This document shows, piece after piece, positions 45,268 through 55,703 of a stretch of 64,000 nucleotides of DNA. The stretch's first letter is position 1. Each line of letters begins with the position of its first letter. The notes beneath the pieces were generated by a model. That model worked only from the letters and a program-made list of their open reading frames with translations. It was not told the DNA's origin and made no database searches. The DNA comes from Chthoniobacterales bacterium. Its GTDB lineage: Bacteria > Verrucomicrobiota > Verrucomicrobiia > Chthoniobacterales > Chthoniobacteraceae. The stretch is from the NCBI GenBank assembly GCA_038207335.1, contig JBBQZX010000008.1:114940-178939 (forward strand), in the 5' to 3' direction. A program made the position numbers and the translations under genes.

Positions 45268-46893
45268 ATGGAAACCAATTCAACTCCGGACGAACTGCCG
45301 CTCGAATCGCCCCGCGAGGCACAGTCCGAGCCCACCAAAGCCGCAGCCGAAATTCCGCCAGCCGAGACGCCGTCCGAGCCCGAGGCGAGCGAGCCGGAAG
45401 CATCCGTGAATTCGGCGGAAAATCCACCCGCGGGCGAAGCCGATTTGCTCGCCGAGCTCGTCACGCGTTCTCAAGCCGCGCGGCTCCCTGCGGCGGACGA
45501 GGAGCAGATGGGCGCGCTTTTGAAAGAAGCGATGCTCGGCGGAAAAACGGGCATCGCGAAAGCGGTCGAGCATTTGCCAAAGCTGCCGTGGATCGTCGGC
45601 GTGCGCGCGGTGGAGTCGGTGTGGCCCGAGATGAAAATCACGTCGCGCGCAGCGTTGCTCAAAGGTCTGGCGGACGAGGATTCGGACGGCGCGCGACGTA
45701 TCCGGCTCAGCCTCGCCAGGGCGCTGTGGAAGCTCGATCTGCCGAATGCGTTGAAGCTCGCAGTGGGCGTTTGCAAAGAGATTCGCGAAAAGGAAACCGG
45801 TGTGCTCTCGCAGCGCAATGCGCAGATTTTCGCCAATGTCTTCATCGGCAAAGTGAAGCCGTGGATTTCGCAGCTCCCGCTCGCCGATCTGAAGCCCGCG
45901 GATGCCGAACTCATCGTGCATTGCGCGATCCTGGCGGCATTTTCCCTGCCGCATCCGCCTGTGACTCAGCTCGGCGTTTTGAAGTGGGCAGGCGCAGCGG
46001 GCAGGCTCGAAAAATTGCACGAGTCTGCTCTCGAGGCGATCACGCGGAACGTCTCGCGATGGAACGGAAAGTGGCAAGGCGCGCTGGAGAAGGAAGTCGC
46101 AAGTCTGCCGGAAGCAATCGCGGCAGTCCTCAAGCCCGCCAACGCCGAGAGCGAGCCGCGCGCGGAGCTATCGCCGGTGTCCGACGAAGCGCCGGTCGCC
46201 GCGGAATCAAGCATCGAAGCCACTTCCGAGACATCCGACTCGGGTGCCGAGGGCACGCCGCCCGTGAAGCAGCGACCGGTGTATGAGCCGCGTCCGCAGC
46301 GCGAACGGCCTCCGGTTGCTGAGGATTCGGAGCGCGAGCGTGGCCGCGAAGGTGGACGTAATCGCGCGCGCGGGCGCGACCGCGAACCGCGTCCGGCGTA
46401 TCAGCCGCGCGGTGGCGGCGGGGCGCAAAACTTCAATCTCGGCGACACGCTTCGCCAGATCGAAGCGCATGTGCAATCGCTCCGCGCCGAGCTGAATGCC
46501 TCGCAAGCCAAGATCGCCGACGAAAATCGCCCGAGCCGCCGGGTTTCAGTCGATCGCGGTCCCGTCATCCCAGGCGAGCAGTCGCCTGAAGAACTCGCGC
46601 GGCTCAACATCCAGCTCGAGTCACGCATCACAGAATTGCAGCAGCGCATCACCGACCTGCTCGCCGACGCCGAAGACCGCGCCGCGAGCATGGGCGCGCA
46701 CGGCGAGCAGCCGGTCACCGACTCCGACCAGCAGTTACGCACCCTCCTCGGATTCAAGCTCCAGGAAGACTTCGCCGACTACCTCGCGCTTCAGGACGAA
46801 TCCACCGGAGTCGTCGTGCAGCAGCACTACCGCTCCCTCCTCGGCCACATCTTCGAGGTCCTCCAGCAGGAGGGCGTGACGCTCAAGGCGTAG
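45268..46893 (+). CDS. Hypothetical protein (helical N-domain, acidic/Arg-rich linker, coiled-coil C-terminus)
   Basis: 541-aa ORF with genome-typical codon use; heptad-like segments near the C-terminus. Confidence 0.7.
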   Translation: METNSTPDELPLESPREAQSEPTKAAAEIPPAETPSEPEASEPEASVNSAENPPAGEADLLAELVTRSQAARLPAADEEQMGALLKEAMLGGKTGIAKAVEHLPKLPWIVGVRAVESVWPEMKITSRAALLKGLADEDSDGARRIRLSLARALWKLDLPNALKLAVGVCKEIREKETGVLSQRNAQIFANVFIGKVKPWISQLPLADLKPADAELIVHCAILAAFSLPHPPVTQLGVLKWAGAAGRLEKLHESALEAITRNVSRWNGKWQGALEKEVASLPEAIAAVLKPANAESEPRAELSPVSDEAPVAAESSIEATSETSDSGAEGTPPVKQRPVYEPRPQRERPPVAEDSERERGREGGRNRARGRDREPRPAYQPRGGGGAQNFNLGDTLRQIEAHVQSLRAELNASQAKIADENRPSRRVSVDRGPVIPGEQSPEELARLNIQLESRITELQQRITDLLADAEDRAASMGAHGEQPVTDSDQQLRTLLGFKLQEDFADYLALQDESTGVVVQQHYRSLLGHIFEVLQQEGVTLKA

Positions 46894-46942
46894 CGCGGCG
46901 CGAGCAAGTTCCTGGTGGAGCACTCGACCCGGGCCTCTGCAC

Positions 46943-46977
46943 AAAAAAAGCCCCGGCCTCTCCACGAGGCCGGGGCT
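46943..46977 (-). terminator. Intrinsic terminator for the minus-strand lipoprotein gene
   Basis: 12-bp stem AGCCCCGGCCTC-TCCAC-GAGGCCGGGGCT; the plus-strand A-run gives the U-tract on the minus strand. Confidence 0.85.
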
Positions 46978-47001
46978 GGTTAAAACGACTTAGCGCGTCG
47001 G

Positions 47002-47307
47002 TTACTGCGGCTTCGCAGCGTCCTTGACTTCGTCCGCTTTCTTCTCGAGCGCTTTAGCTGCGTCTTCGGTCGATTGCTTCACGGCAGCGGCATCGGCGTC
47101 AGCGGCGTTCTTCGTCGCTTTCGCGTCGGCTTTCCCTTCGTCCTTGATCGCCGCGGCTTCATTTTTGCCGGCTTCCTTCACCGCGTCAGCCTTGTCGTCG
47201 AGACGATCGGCGGTTGCGTCGGCCGATTTCTCGGCGGGTGTTTTTTCGCAAGCGACGAGGCCCAGGGAGACGACGGCGGCGAGCGACAGTAGATGATTCA
47301 GTTTCAT
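47002..47307 (-). CDS. Small Ala/Asp/Lys-rich lipoprotein
   Basis: MKLNHLLSLAAVVSLGLVA-C lipobox; repetitive KADAVK helices. Confidence 0.8.
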   Translation of the reverse strand: MKLNHLLSLAAVVSLGLVACEKTPAEKSADATADRLDDKADAVKEAGKNEAAAIKDEGKADAKATKNAADADAAAVKQSTEDAAKALEKKADEVKDAAKPQ

Positions 47308-47397
47308 GATGTGTTGGTTTGGTTTCGCACGAAAAGGGAGGGGTCCCATTCAGCGCGTCGGCGATGCTCGCCGCCCGCGCCCCGATGTCAACCCCTC

Positions 47398-49230
47398 CTA
47401 TTTCGCCAGTAGCTTTCCAAGAAGCGAATTCAACCGCCCGAGCATCGCCCGCGGATCGTCCAGCATCCCCGCCGCGACCAACGCGTTATCGAAAACCTGC
47501 TCCGCCACTTCGCCCGCTAGCGTCGCATCCGTGTGCCGGATTTTCTCGAGCTGCGCGATCATCGCGTTGTCGGGATTGATCTCCAAATCCGGCTTCGCCT
47601 CAAACGATCCCGCGTTCTCGCGATCCATCGACTTCAGCACGCGGCGCATGGACGAAGTGAGCTGCTTGTCGCTGTCCACGACCACCGCCGGGCTGCCTAC
47701 GAGCCGCTTCGACGCACGCACCTCGCCCACACGATCGCCGAGCACTTCTTTCAAAAATCCCGTCAGTGATTTCGCCTCTTCCTCGCTCATCGCGGTCGTC
47801 TCTTTTTCGAGCGTCAGCTCCGATTTCTCCGCGCCTACGACCTTCTTTCCATCGAACTCCCGCAGGTGCTCCATCACGAATTCATCCCGAGGATCGGAAA
47901 GGAAAAGCACCTCGTATTTCTTCTCGCGGAACACCTCGAAATACGGGCTCGCCTCCGCGCTCTCACGGCTCGGCGCGAGCAGCCAGTAAATCTCCGTCTG
48001 CCCCTCCGGCATCCGCGAAATGTAATCGGTCAGCGACGTATTCTTCCCCGCCTCCGTGTGCGACGACTCAAAGCGCAGCAGCTTCCCGATCGGCTCGCGA
48101 TGCGTCCAATCCGTCGCCACGCCCTCCTTCAAGCAATGCCCGTGCTCCTTGAAAAAGCGATCGTATTTCTCCGGGTCCGTCTTCAGTTCCTCACCGAGCC
48201 ATTTGAGCACGCGCTTCGTCAGCACATCGCTCAGCTTCTTCAAAAGCGCCGAATCCTGCATCGTCTCGCGCGAGATATTCAGCGGCAAATCCTCGCTGTC
48301 CACGACCCCGCGCAGGAACCGCAGCCACTCCGGGAAGAGCCCCTTCGCCTTCGCTTGGATCAGCACCTTTCGACAGTAAAGATTCACCTCGCTCTCGCTG
48401 CGCGTCATCGAGACCAGTTCGTAGTTTTTCTCCGGCACGAAAAGTAGCGCCTGGATGGAAAGCGGCGCATCCGCAGTGAAATGCAGTCGATACAAAGGCG
48501 CGCCCGAGTCGTGTCCGATGTATTTGTAAAATTCCTCGTAATCGGCGTCTGAAATCTCGTTGCGATTCTTCGTCCAGATCGCCTGCACCGTGTTCACCGC
48601 TTCGCCATTCAGCTCGATCGGAAACTGCACGAAATTCGAGTAATGCTTGATGACCTGCTCGACGCGGTACTTCTTCGCGAACTCCTCCTCGCGGAGCTGC
48701 AGGACAATCTTCGTCCCGCGTGGCAGGTCGTTCGCCTCCTCGATTTCGTAACCCGTCTGTCCGTCTGAAACCCAGACCCAGCCTTGTTCTCCGGGCACGT
48801 ACGACCGTGTCGAGACCGTCACTTTTTCCGCCACCATGAAAGCCGAGTAAAACCCGACGCCGAACTGCCCGATCAGGTGCGCGTCGTTCTTGCTCGCCTT
48901 GAGCTGCTCGAGAAATGCCTTCGATCCCGAGTGAGCGATCGTGCCGAGATTCTCGATCAGCTCCGCGTGCGTCATGCCGATTCCAGCATCGGTGAAGGTG
49001 ATCGTCTTCGCCTCCCCATCCGTGGCCACGGTGATCTTCAGCAGCTCCTCCGGCTGATGAATTTTTGCGCCCGAGGTCTGGAGGAATTTAAGTTTTTCGG
49101 TCGCGTCCGCCGCGTTGGAAATCAGCTCGCGGATGAAGATTTCTTTGTCGGTGTAAAGCGAGTGCGTGACGATATCGAGCAACTGCCCGATCTCCGCTTG
49201 GAAAGCATGTTTTTCGGCCGTTTGAGACAT
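47398..49230 (-). CDS. htpG: Chaperone HtpG (Hsp90)
   Basis: FQAEI, SLYTDKEIFIRELISNA, DAGIGM, IGQFGVGFYSAF, DLPLNISRE. Confidence 0.96.
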   Translation of the reverse strand: MSQTAEKHAFQAEIGQLLDIVTHSLYTDKEIFIRELISNAADATEKLKFLQTSGAKIHQPEELLKITVATDGEAKTITFTDAGIGMTHAELIENLGTIAHSGSKAFLEQLKASKNDAHLIGQFGVGFYSAFMVAEKVTVSTRSYVPGEQGWVWVSDGQTGYEIEEANDLPRGTKIVLQLREEEFAKKYRVEQVIKHYSNFVQFPIELNGEAVNTVQAIWTKNRNEISDADYEEFYKYIGHDSGAPLYRLHFTADAPLSIQALLFVPEKNYELVSMTRSESEVNLYCRKVLIQAKAKGLFPEWLRFLRGVVDSEDLPLNISRETMQDSALLKKLSDVLTKRVLKWLGEELKTDPEKYDRFFKEHGHCLKEGVATDWTHREPIGKLLRFESSHTEAGKNTSLTDYISRMPEGQTEIYWLLAPSRESAEASPYFEVFREKKYEVLFLSDPRDEFVMEHLREFDGKKVVGAEKSELTLEKETTAMSEEEAKSLTGFLKEVLGDRVGEVRASKRLVGSPAVVVDSDKQLTSSMRRVLKSMDRENAGSFEAKPDLEINPDNAMIAQLEKIRHTDATLAGEVAEQVFDNALVAAGMLDDPRAMLGRLNSLLGKLLAK

Positions 49231-49349
49231 AGGGCCGCGAACTCTAGTGAAGCCCGCCCGCCACGCAAGAACCACGCGCGGCTGAATGTCGCAAGTGTCA
49301 CCGCGGCGCACTGCGTTTTGTCAGGAATCCTGTGCATTCTCCCGCGCCG

Positions 49350-50105
49350 ATGAACCCACTCACTCCTTCACCACGCACCCTCCTCGCCACCCTCTTCATT
49401 GGCGCGGCGCTCACAGCCTCCCTCCGAGCCGACCTCGTCCTAGAAACGGAAACCGCCGAACTCGGCAAGAAAGGCGACATGCTAATCAGCACCGGCGTCC
49501 AGTTCGAGCGCGAGAAAGACGGCAGCCGCACGACGTTCACGCTCAATCAATACGAGGTCGCCATCACCGACCGCGCCGAGCTTTTGATCGAGCCGTTCTT
49601 CGTCGAATGGGACAACCCGAAAGACGGCAAGAGTTTTCACGGAATGGGCGACCTCGAGATCACGCCGTCTTACATGATCGTGCTCGAGAAGCCTTACGTC
49701 CCCGCTGTCGTCCTCGCTTTCAAACTGAAAGTCCCCACGGCCAAAAACCGCGAAATTGGCACCGGGAAATTCGACTACCAGCCCTACATCATCCTTGGGA
49801 AGACGTATGGCAACTGGGTTTTCAATTTCAACTTGGGCTACGACTTCGTCACCTCGACGGGCGGAGAAAAGCTGAGTAATCAGTTCATCTACGATCTCTC
49901 GGTCGAGCGGAAGATCACGGAAAACTGGAGTGTCTTCGCGGAGATTTTCGCGAATACGAAGCCGACGGTCGGCGAAAAAGGGACGTTCTCCGGAGCAGTC
50001 GCGACCGAGTATCACTTCACGAAACATCTGAATGCATTCGTCAGCGTCGGCTACGACACCGACGGACTCTTCAACGTCCGGCCCGGCTTCAACGTCGAAT
50101 TTTGA
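49350..50105 (+). CDS. Outer-membrane beta-barrel protein (transporter/MetA-pathway-like)
   Basis: Signal peptide, GMGDLEI..KLKVPT..GTGKFD, alternating amphipathic strands, C-terminal Phe. Confidence 0.7.
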   Translation: MNPLTPSPRTLLATLFIGAALTASLRADLVLETETAELGKKGDMLISTGVQFEREKDGSRTTFTLNQYEVAITDRAELLIEPFFVEWDNPKDGKSFHGMGDLEITPSYMIVLEKPYVPAVVLAFKLKVPTAKNREIGTGKFDYQPYIILGKTYGNWVFNFNLGYDFVTSTGGEKLSNQFIYDLSVERKITENWSVFAEIFANTKPTVGEKGTFSGAVATEYHFTKHLNAFVSVGYDTDGLFNVRPGFNVEF

Positions 50106-50205
50106 ACTTCCACCGTTGCGCTTGGCGTCCGGAAATGACGGCGCTGTCATTGAAATTGCGCGAGCGCTGGAGTGGGCACACCGCTAACTTCCGCGCCCGC
50201 AACCC

Positions 50206-51489
50206 ATGACCCGACCACTCCTCATCGCTTCGCTCGCCTTCGCCGGTGCGGGCTGCGCGCATTTTATCTCGAAGCCGATCGACCCGGCTGCAAGCGCGCG
50301 GCAACTCACAGGACGGCAACTGGAGTCGAAAACGTGGACGCTTTCCTCCCTCGCCGCCGAGGCCGCGAAAAACGCCCCCGATGTCGCCGTGGCGCGTGCC
50401 CAATATGAAACCGCGCGCGCCGCCATCGGCACCGCGGGCGAGCGGCCGAACCCGACCGTCGCGCTTTCGCCACAGGTCATCACACCTTATACCGCCTTGA
50501 TCGCCGGGACGTACGGCGTCGATTTCGACTGGACGTTCGAGACTGCCGGCAAGCGCTCGCGCCGGCTCGCCATCGCGCATGAAAATGTTCGTGCCGCTGC
50601 TGCCCGCGTCGTCGATGCGAGTTGGAATGCCCGCGCCGCCGTGCGCCGCGCGCTGCTCGATCTCTATGCCGCCGAACAACGCGCGAAGCTCCTCGGCGAT
50701 GCGATCGCGCAGCAGGGCGAACTGCTAAAAGTCCTCGAGGCACGCGTCGCTGCAGGCTCCGAGGCGCGCGCGATCTCCGCCCAACCTCGGCTCCTGCTCG
50801 TGCAGCTCCGTCTGCAAATCTCCGACGCCAACCGCGCTGCCGCGCTCGCCCGCGCCGCGCTTGCCGAGGCGCTCGGCATTGGCACTAGCGGCCTCGCAGG
50901 CGCGAAGTTTTCGTTCGCCGCTTTCGAGGGCGTCCCCGGCGCGCGCACTGCACATCGCTTCACCGCTCTCACGCACCGCGCAGATGTCCTCGCGGCCCTC
51001 GCCGATTACGCGGCGGCGGAGGCGTCCGTGCGGCTGGAAATCGCGCGGCAATATCCCGACATCCACGTGAATCCCGGCTACCAACTCGACGCTGGCGAAA
51101 ACAAATGGACGATCGGCATCGGACTCACCCTGCCGATTCTGAATCACAACCAAGGCCCGCTCGGCGAAGCCGAAGCGAAGCGGAAAGAAACCGCCGTAAA
51201 GTTCAACGCCGTCCAAGCGAAAGTGCTGGCGGACTGCGACCGGGCCGCCGCCGCCGTCCGCGCCGCGCGCGCGAAAATCGCCGTCACCGACGAACTCCTC
51301 GGCACGCAGCAAAAGCAGATCGCCTCCGAGCAGCGGCTCGTCGATGCAGGCGAAGGCGACAAGCTCTCGCTGCTCAGCGCGCAGGTCGAGCGCGCGACCA
51401 CGCTCACCGCGCATCTCGACGCGCTCATCGAGCTGCAAGCCGCCCTCGGCGCGCTCGAGGAAGCCACACAAGCCCCGCTCAGCCGATGA
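50206..51489 (+). CDS. TolC family outer-membrane efflux lipoprotein
   Basis: GAGC lipobox, RPNPT, ETAGKR, QYPDI, LTLPILN.NQG. Confidence 0.85.
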   Translation: MTRPLLIASLAFAGAGCAHFISKPIDPAASARQLTGRQLESKTWTLSSLAAEAAKNAPDVAVARAQYETARAAIGTAGERPNPTVALSPQVITPYTALIAGTYGVDFDWTFETAGKRSRRLAIAHENVRAAAARVVDASWNARAAVRRALLDLYAAEQRAKLLGDAIAQQGELLKVLEARVAAGSEARAISAQPRLLLVQLRLQISDANRAAALARAALAEALGIGTSGLAGAKFSFAAFEGVPGARTAHRFTALTHRADVLAALADYAAAEASVRLEIARQYPDIHVNPGYQLDAGENKWTIGIGLTLPILNHNQGPLGEAEAKRKETAVKFNAVQAKVLADCDRAAAAVRAARAKIAVTDELLGTQQKQIASEQRLVDAGEGDKLSLLSAQVERATTLTAHLDALIELQAALGALEEATQAPLSR

Positions 51490-52535
51490 AAAAAATCGCC
51501 CACTTCATCCTCACGCTGCTCGTCCTCGCCGGTCTCGGCTGGACGCTCTGGATCGGCGTGCGGAAGCAGAAGGAAAAGCCTCAAACCGAGGAAGCCGCAG
51601 CCGACGCCGCGCCGCCCGCGGACGGCGCGGACAAACCCGCGGAGGACAAGCCCGAGGACTTCGTCGTGCGTCTCGACAAGGAGCAATGGCAGGCGCTCGA
51701 CATCGACAAAGGCGAGCCCGAAAAATCCGAGCTGAGCCCGCGCCGGATTGCCTTTGGACATGTGCTCGACCCGTCTCCGATCGTCACTCTCGACAGCGAT
51801 CTCGCAGCCGCGGATGCAGCACTGGCGGCCTCTCGCGCGGAATTCGAGCGGACGCAGGGCCTTTTCAAATCCGGTGAAAATGTCGCCCGCAAATCGCTCG
51901 AAACGGCAGAGGCTCAATTCCGCGCGGATGAGATCAAAGCCAATGGGTTGCGGCGCGCCGCGCTCATGGACTGGGGCTCGGATTTTGCCGGGCTAGACGC
52001 GGCGAAGCGCAGGGAGTTCGTCGATCGTCTCGTACGCGGTGAGTCCGCGCTGGTGCGAGTCGATATTCTGCCTGGCGATGCGCTCGCGGAGCAGCCGAAA
52101 TCCGCGCGCATTCTCGTCCTCGGCCGGGAGGCGCAGCCGATCGACACGCAATCGATCACGCCCGCCGCCGACGTGGACGCGAAAACGCAGGCACAGGGCT
52201 ACGTGCTGCGAATCGACAAGCCACCATTCGCGCTGCGACCCGGAATGGCGCTGACCGCGTGGCTCGATTTGCCCGAGAAACCGCGCGCCGGCTTCGCGAT
52301 TCCGCGCTCCGCGATCCTCCGGCACGACGGCCGGACTTGGGTGTACATCCAAGCCGAGGAGGAGAAATTTGTACGCAAGGCGATCACGCTCGATTCACCA
52401 CTGGAGGGTGACAAGGGCTGGTTCGTCGCGGAGGAAAACGGCGGAATTAAAGCCGACGATTTGCTCGTTGTGACCGGCGCGCAGTCGCTGTTGAGCGAGG
52501 AGCTGAAAGCCCAGGGTGGGGGCGAGCCGGACTGA
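51486..52535 (+). CDS. RND periplasmic adaptor (membrane fusion protein)
   Basis: N-terminal TM, alpha-hairpin, LRPGM, IPRSAI, VTGAQSLLSEE. Confidence 0.82.
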   Translation: MKKIAHFILTLLVLAGLGWTLWIGVRKQKEKPQTEEAAADAAPPADGADKPAEDKPEDFVVRLDKEQWQALDIDKGEPEKSELSPRRIAFGHVLDPSPIVTLDSDLAAADAALAASRAEFERTQGLFKSGENVARKSLETAEAQFRADEIKANGLRRAALMDWGSDFAGLDAAKRREFVDRLVRGESALVRVDILPGDALAEQPKSARILVLGREAQPIDTQSITPAADVDAKTQAQGYVLRIDKPPFALRPGMALTAWLDLPEKPRAGFAIPRSAILRHDGRTWVYIQAEEEKFVRKAITLDSPLEGDKGWFVAEENGGIKADDLLVVTGAQSLLSEELKAQGGGEPD

Positions 52536-55500
52536 TGCTCCGCTTCATCGTCCAGACCTCCCTGCGCCACCGCGGCATCGTCATCGCGCTCGCGCTAGGG
52601 CTGCTCGGCTGGGGCAGCTACGTCGCCTCGCGCGCTCCGCTCGATGTCTTCCCGGAATTTGTCGCGCCACAGGTCACGATCCAGACCGAGGCGCCGGGGC
52701 TTTCCGCCGAGCAGGTGGAAGTGCTCGTCACACGGCCCGTCGAGAGTTCGGTGAATGGCGCGTCGGACCTCGAATCCGTTCGTTCGGAAAGCATCCAGGG
52801 GCTCAGCGTGGTCACCGCCGTTTTCAAGGACGGCTCGGACATTTACATCGCCCGCCAGGCGCTCGCGGAAAAGCTCGGCACACTTGGCAGGCAGCTCCCC
52901 GACGGCGTCCGCCCGCCGACGCTCTCTCCGCTCACGTCCTCGACGATGGACCTTTTGAAAATCGGGCTCGTCTCGGAAAAGATGAGCGGTCGCGAGCTTC
53001 GCACGTTCGTCGATTGGACGCTGAAACCGCGCCTCCTCGCCGTGCAGGGCGTCGCGCACGCGAACGTCTTCGGTGGCGAAGTCGAGCAGCTCCAGGTGCA
53101 GGTCGTGCCGGAGCGGCTCGCTGCTTTCGACCTCGCAATGACGGATATTTTGGAGTCGGCGAAAGCAGCGACCGGCGTGCGCGGCGCCGGCTTTATCGAC
53201 ACGCCGGGGCAACGCATCGTGATTCAAACGGAAGGCCAGATGTTCACGCCGGAAGAGCTCGGCGAAGTCATCGTCCGCAAAGGCGCACCGGTCGTGCGGA
53301 TGCGCGACGTGGCGCTCGTGAAGCTCGCCGCCGAGCCCAAATTCGGCGACGCGCAAATCATGGGCGGACCCGGCGTGCTGATCACGATGAGCAGCCAGTA
53401 TGGCGCGAACACGCTGTCCGTCACGCACGCGCTCGAGGACGCGCTGAAGGAGCTGCGGCCAATTTTTGCGAGCAAAGGAATCAAGGTCTTCGATCGCCTG
53501 CACAGGCCCGCCACATTCATCGAAACCGCGCTGGGCCATGTGCAGGATTCGCTGCTCATCGGCGGTGCGCTCGTCGGCATCGTGCTGCTGCTTTTTCTGC
53601 TCGATCTGCGAATCGCATTGATCTCGTTCGTCTCGATTCCGCTCTCGCTGCTAACCGCGGTTTTGGTGCTCGACTGGTTTGGCGTCTCGCTGAATACCAT
53701 GACGCTCGGCGGCTTTGCGGTGGCGATCGGCGTGGTCGTCGATGACGCGATCATCGACGTGGAAAACATCCTCCGGCGGCTTCGCGAAAACGCCACGCTC
53801 GCCACGCCCCGCGCGCTTTGGCGCGTGGTGCTCGACGCCTCGCTGGAGGTCAACAACTCGGTCGTCTATGCGACCTTCATCGTCGCCGTCGTCTTCATGC
53901 CGGTGCTCACGATGTCCGGTTTGCAGGGGCGTTTTTTCGGCCCGCTCGGCGTCGCATTCATCCTCTCGATCATGGCCTCGCTCGGCGTCGCGCTCACGGT
54001 GACGCCCGCGATGAGCCTCGTCTTTTTAGGCCGCGTGAAGCCGCACGACGAGCCCGCGTGGGTGCGCGGCTTGAAAGTGCTGCACCGCGACTGGGTGCTC
54101 CTTTTCGTCCGCGCGCCGTGGCTCACCGTGATCGGCGCGCTGGCGCTCGTCGCCGGGGCGTGCGCTCTTGTGCCGTTCTTCGGCGGTGAGCTGCTGCCGG
54201 AGTTTCGCGAAGGCCATTTCGTCATCGGCGTGAAGTCGCGCCCCGGCATGTCCATCGAGGAGTCGTTGCGGACCGGCAAGCGGCTCTCCGACATGATGCT
54301 GGCGAATGAACACATCGCGACCGTCGAGCAGCAGGTCGGCCGCGCGGAGGCCGGCGAAGATACGTGGGGGCCGAACCAAAGTGAGTTTCACGTCGAGCTG
54401 AAACGCGGTGTGACACCCGAGGAGGAAATCGAGACGCAGGCCTTTTTGCGCGACATGCTGAAGGACTTTCCCGGCATCCAGAGCGAAGTGCTCACCTTCC
54501 TCGGCGACCGCATCGGCGAGACCATTTCCGGCGAGACGGCGGCGGTCGTCGTGAACGTCTTCGGCGAAGACCTCGACCAGCTCGACTCGACCGCAAAGCT
54601 CGTGGCAGCACAGCTTTCCGGGGTGAAGGGCAATGCCGACGTTCAGGTCAAGGCACCGCCCGGGGCGCCCGTGCTCGCGGTTCATTTGCGGTCGGAACGG
54701 CTCACGCAATTCGGCTTCCGTCCGCTAGAGGTTTTGGAGGCCGTCGAGACCGCGTTTCAGGGCGCGGACGTCGCGCAAATGGTGCGCGGAAACCGCATTC
54801 ACGAAATGGCCGTCATCCTCTCCGACGAGGCGCGGCGCGATCCGGAGACGGTCGGAAATCTCCTGCTTTCTAATGGCGACGGCCTGCGGATGCCGCTGCG
54901 CGAACTCGCCGACATCGAACTGACGAATGGCCGCCCGAGCATTCAGCACGACGGCGCGCGCCGCCGGCAGACCGTAACCTGCAACGTCGAAAAGCGCGAC
55001 GTGTCGTCCTTCGTCGATGAGGCGCGGACGCATGTTTCGGAAAAGGTGAAACTCCCCGCTGGCGTCTATCTTGAATGGAGCGGTGCGGCCGAGGAGCAAA
55101 AAAAAGCGCAACGCGAACTGATCATCCATTTCTCGATCGCGTTCCTCGGCATCCTGCTTTTGCTCTCGCTCGTGTTTCACAAAATGAGCCATGTCGCGCT
55201 CGTCCTCGCAAACATCCCGTTCGCGCTCGTCGGCGGCGTGCTCGCGGTCTTCGCCAGCGGCGGCTCGACTTCGATCGGTTCGTGGGTCGGGTTCGTCACC
55301 CTCTTCGGCATCAGCACGCGCAACTCGATCATGCTCATCTCGCACTACGAACATCTCGTCGATAAAGACGGCGCGCCGTGGTCGGTCGAGACCGTCGTGC
55401 GCGGCGCGGGCGAGCGCCTCGTGCCGATCCTCATGACCGCCCTCGTCACCGCGCTCGGCGTCCTCCCGCTCGCCATCGGCAGCGGCGAGGCGGGCCGTGA

Positions 55501-55636
55501 AATCGAAGGCCCGATGGCCACCGTCATCCTCGGCGGCCTCATCACCTCCACCGCCCTGAATCTCCTCGTCCTCCCCGCCCTCGCCTGGAAATGGGGCCGC
55601 TTCGCTCCCGCAGCGAATGCCGAAGACACGCCTTAA
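52535..55636 (+). CDS. CusA/CzcA-family RND permease
   Basis: LDVFPEF, TM4 [35 protein letters not shown]. Confidence 0.92.
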   Translation: MLRFIVQTSLRHRGIVIALALGLLGWGSYVASRAPLDVFPEFVAPQVTIQTEAPGLSAEQVEVLVTRPVESSVNGASDLESVRSESIQGLSVVTAVFKDGSDIYIARQALAEKLGTLGRQLPDGVRPPTLSPLTSSTMDLLKIGLVSEKMSGRELRTFVDWTLKPRLLAVQGVAHANVFGGEVEQLQVQVVPERLAAFDLAMTDILESAKAATGVRGAGFIDTPGQRIVIQTEGQMFTPEELGEVIVRKGAPVVRMRDVALVKLAAEPKFGDAQIMGGPGVLITMSSQYGANTLSVTHALEDALKELRPIFASKGIKVFDRLHRPATFIETALGHVQDSLLIGGALVGIVLLLFLLDLRIALISFVSIPLSLLTAVLVLDWFGVSLNTMTLGGFAVAIGVVVDDAIIDVENILRRLRENATLATPRALWRVVLDASLEVNNSVVYATFIVAVVFMPVLTMSGLQGRFFGPLGVAFILSIMASLGVALTVTPAMSLVFLGRVKPHDEPAWVRGLKVLHRDWVLLFVRAPWLTVIGALALVAGACALVPFFGGELLPEFREGHFVIGVKSRPGMSIEESLRTGKRLSDMMLANEHIATVEQQVGRAEAGEDTWGPNQSEFHVELKRGVTPEEEIETQAFLRDMLKDFPGIQSEVLTFLGDRIGETISGETAAVVVNVFGEDLDQLDSTAKLVAAQLSGVKGNADVQVKAPPGAPVLAVHLRSERLTQFGFRPLEVLEAVETAFQGADVAQMVRGNRIHEMAVILSDEARRDPETVGNLLLSNGDGLRMPLRELADIELTNGRPSIQHDGARRRQTVTCNVEKRDVSSFVDEARTHVSEKVKLPAGVYLEWSGAAEEQKKAQRELIIHFSIAFLGILLLLSLVFHKMSHVALVLANIPFALVGGVLAVFASGGSTSIGSWVGFVTLFGISTRNSIMLISHYEHLVDKDGAPWSVETVVRGAGERLVPILMTALVTALGVLPLAIGSGEAGREIEGPMATVILGGLITSTALNLLVLPALAWKWGRFAPAANAEDTP

Positions 55637-55703
55637 ATCCTGTGCTCCACACTGCCGCTTCTTTTTGATCCCATTGCCCGCAAATGCCTTTGAACATCCC
55701 TAG

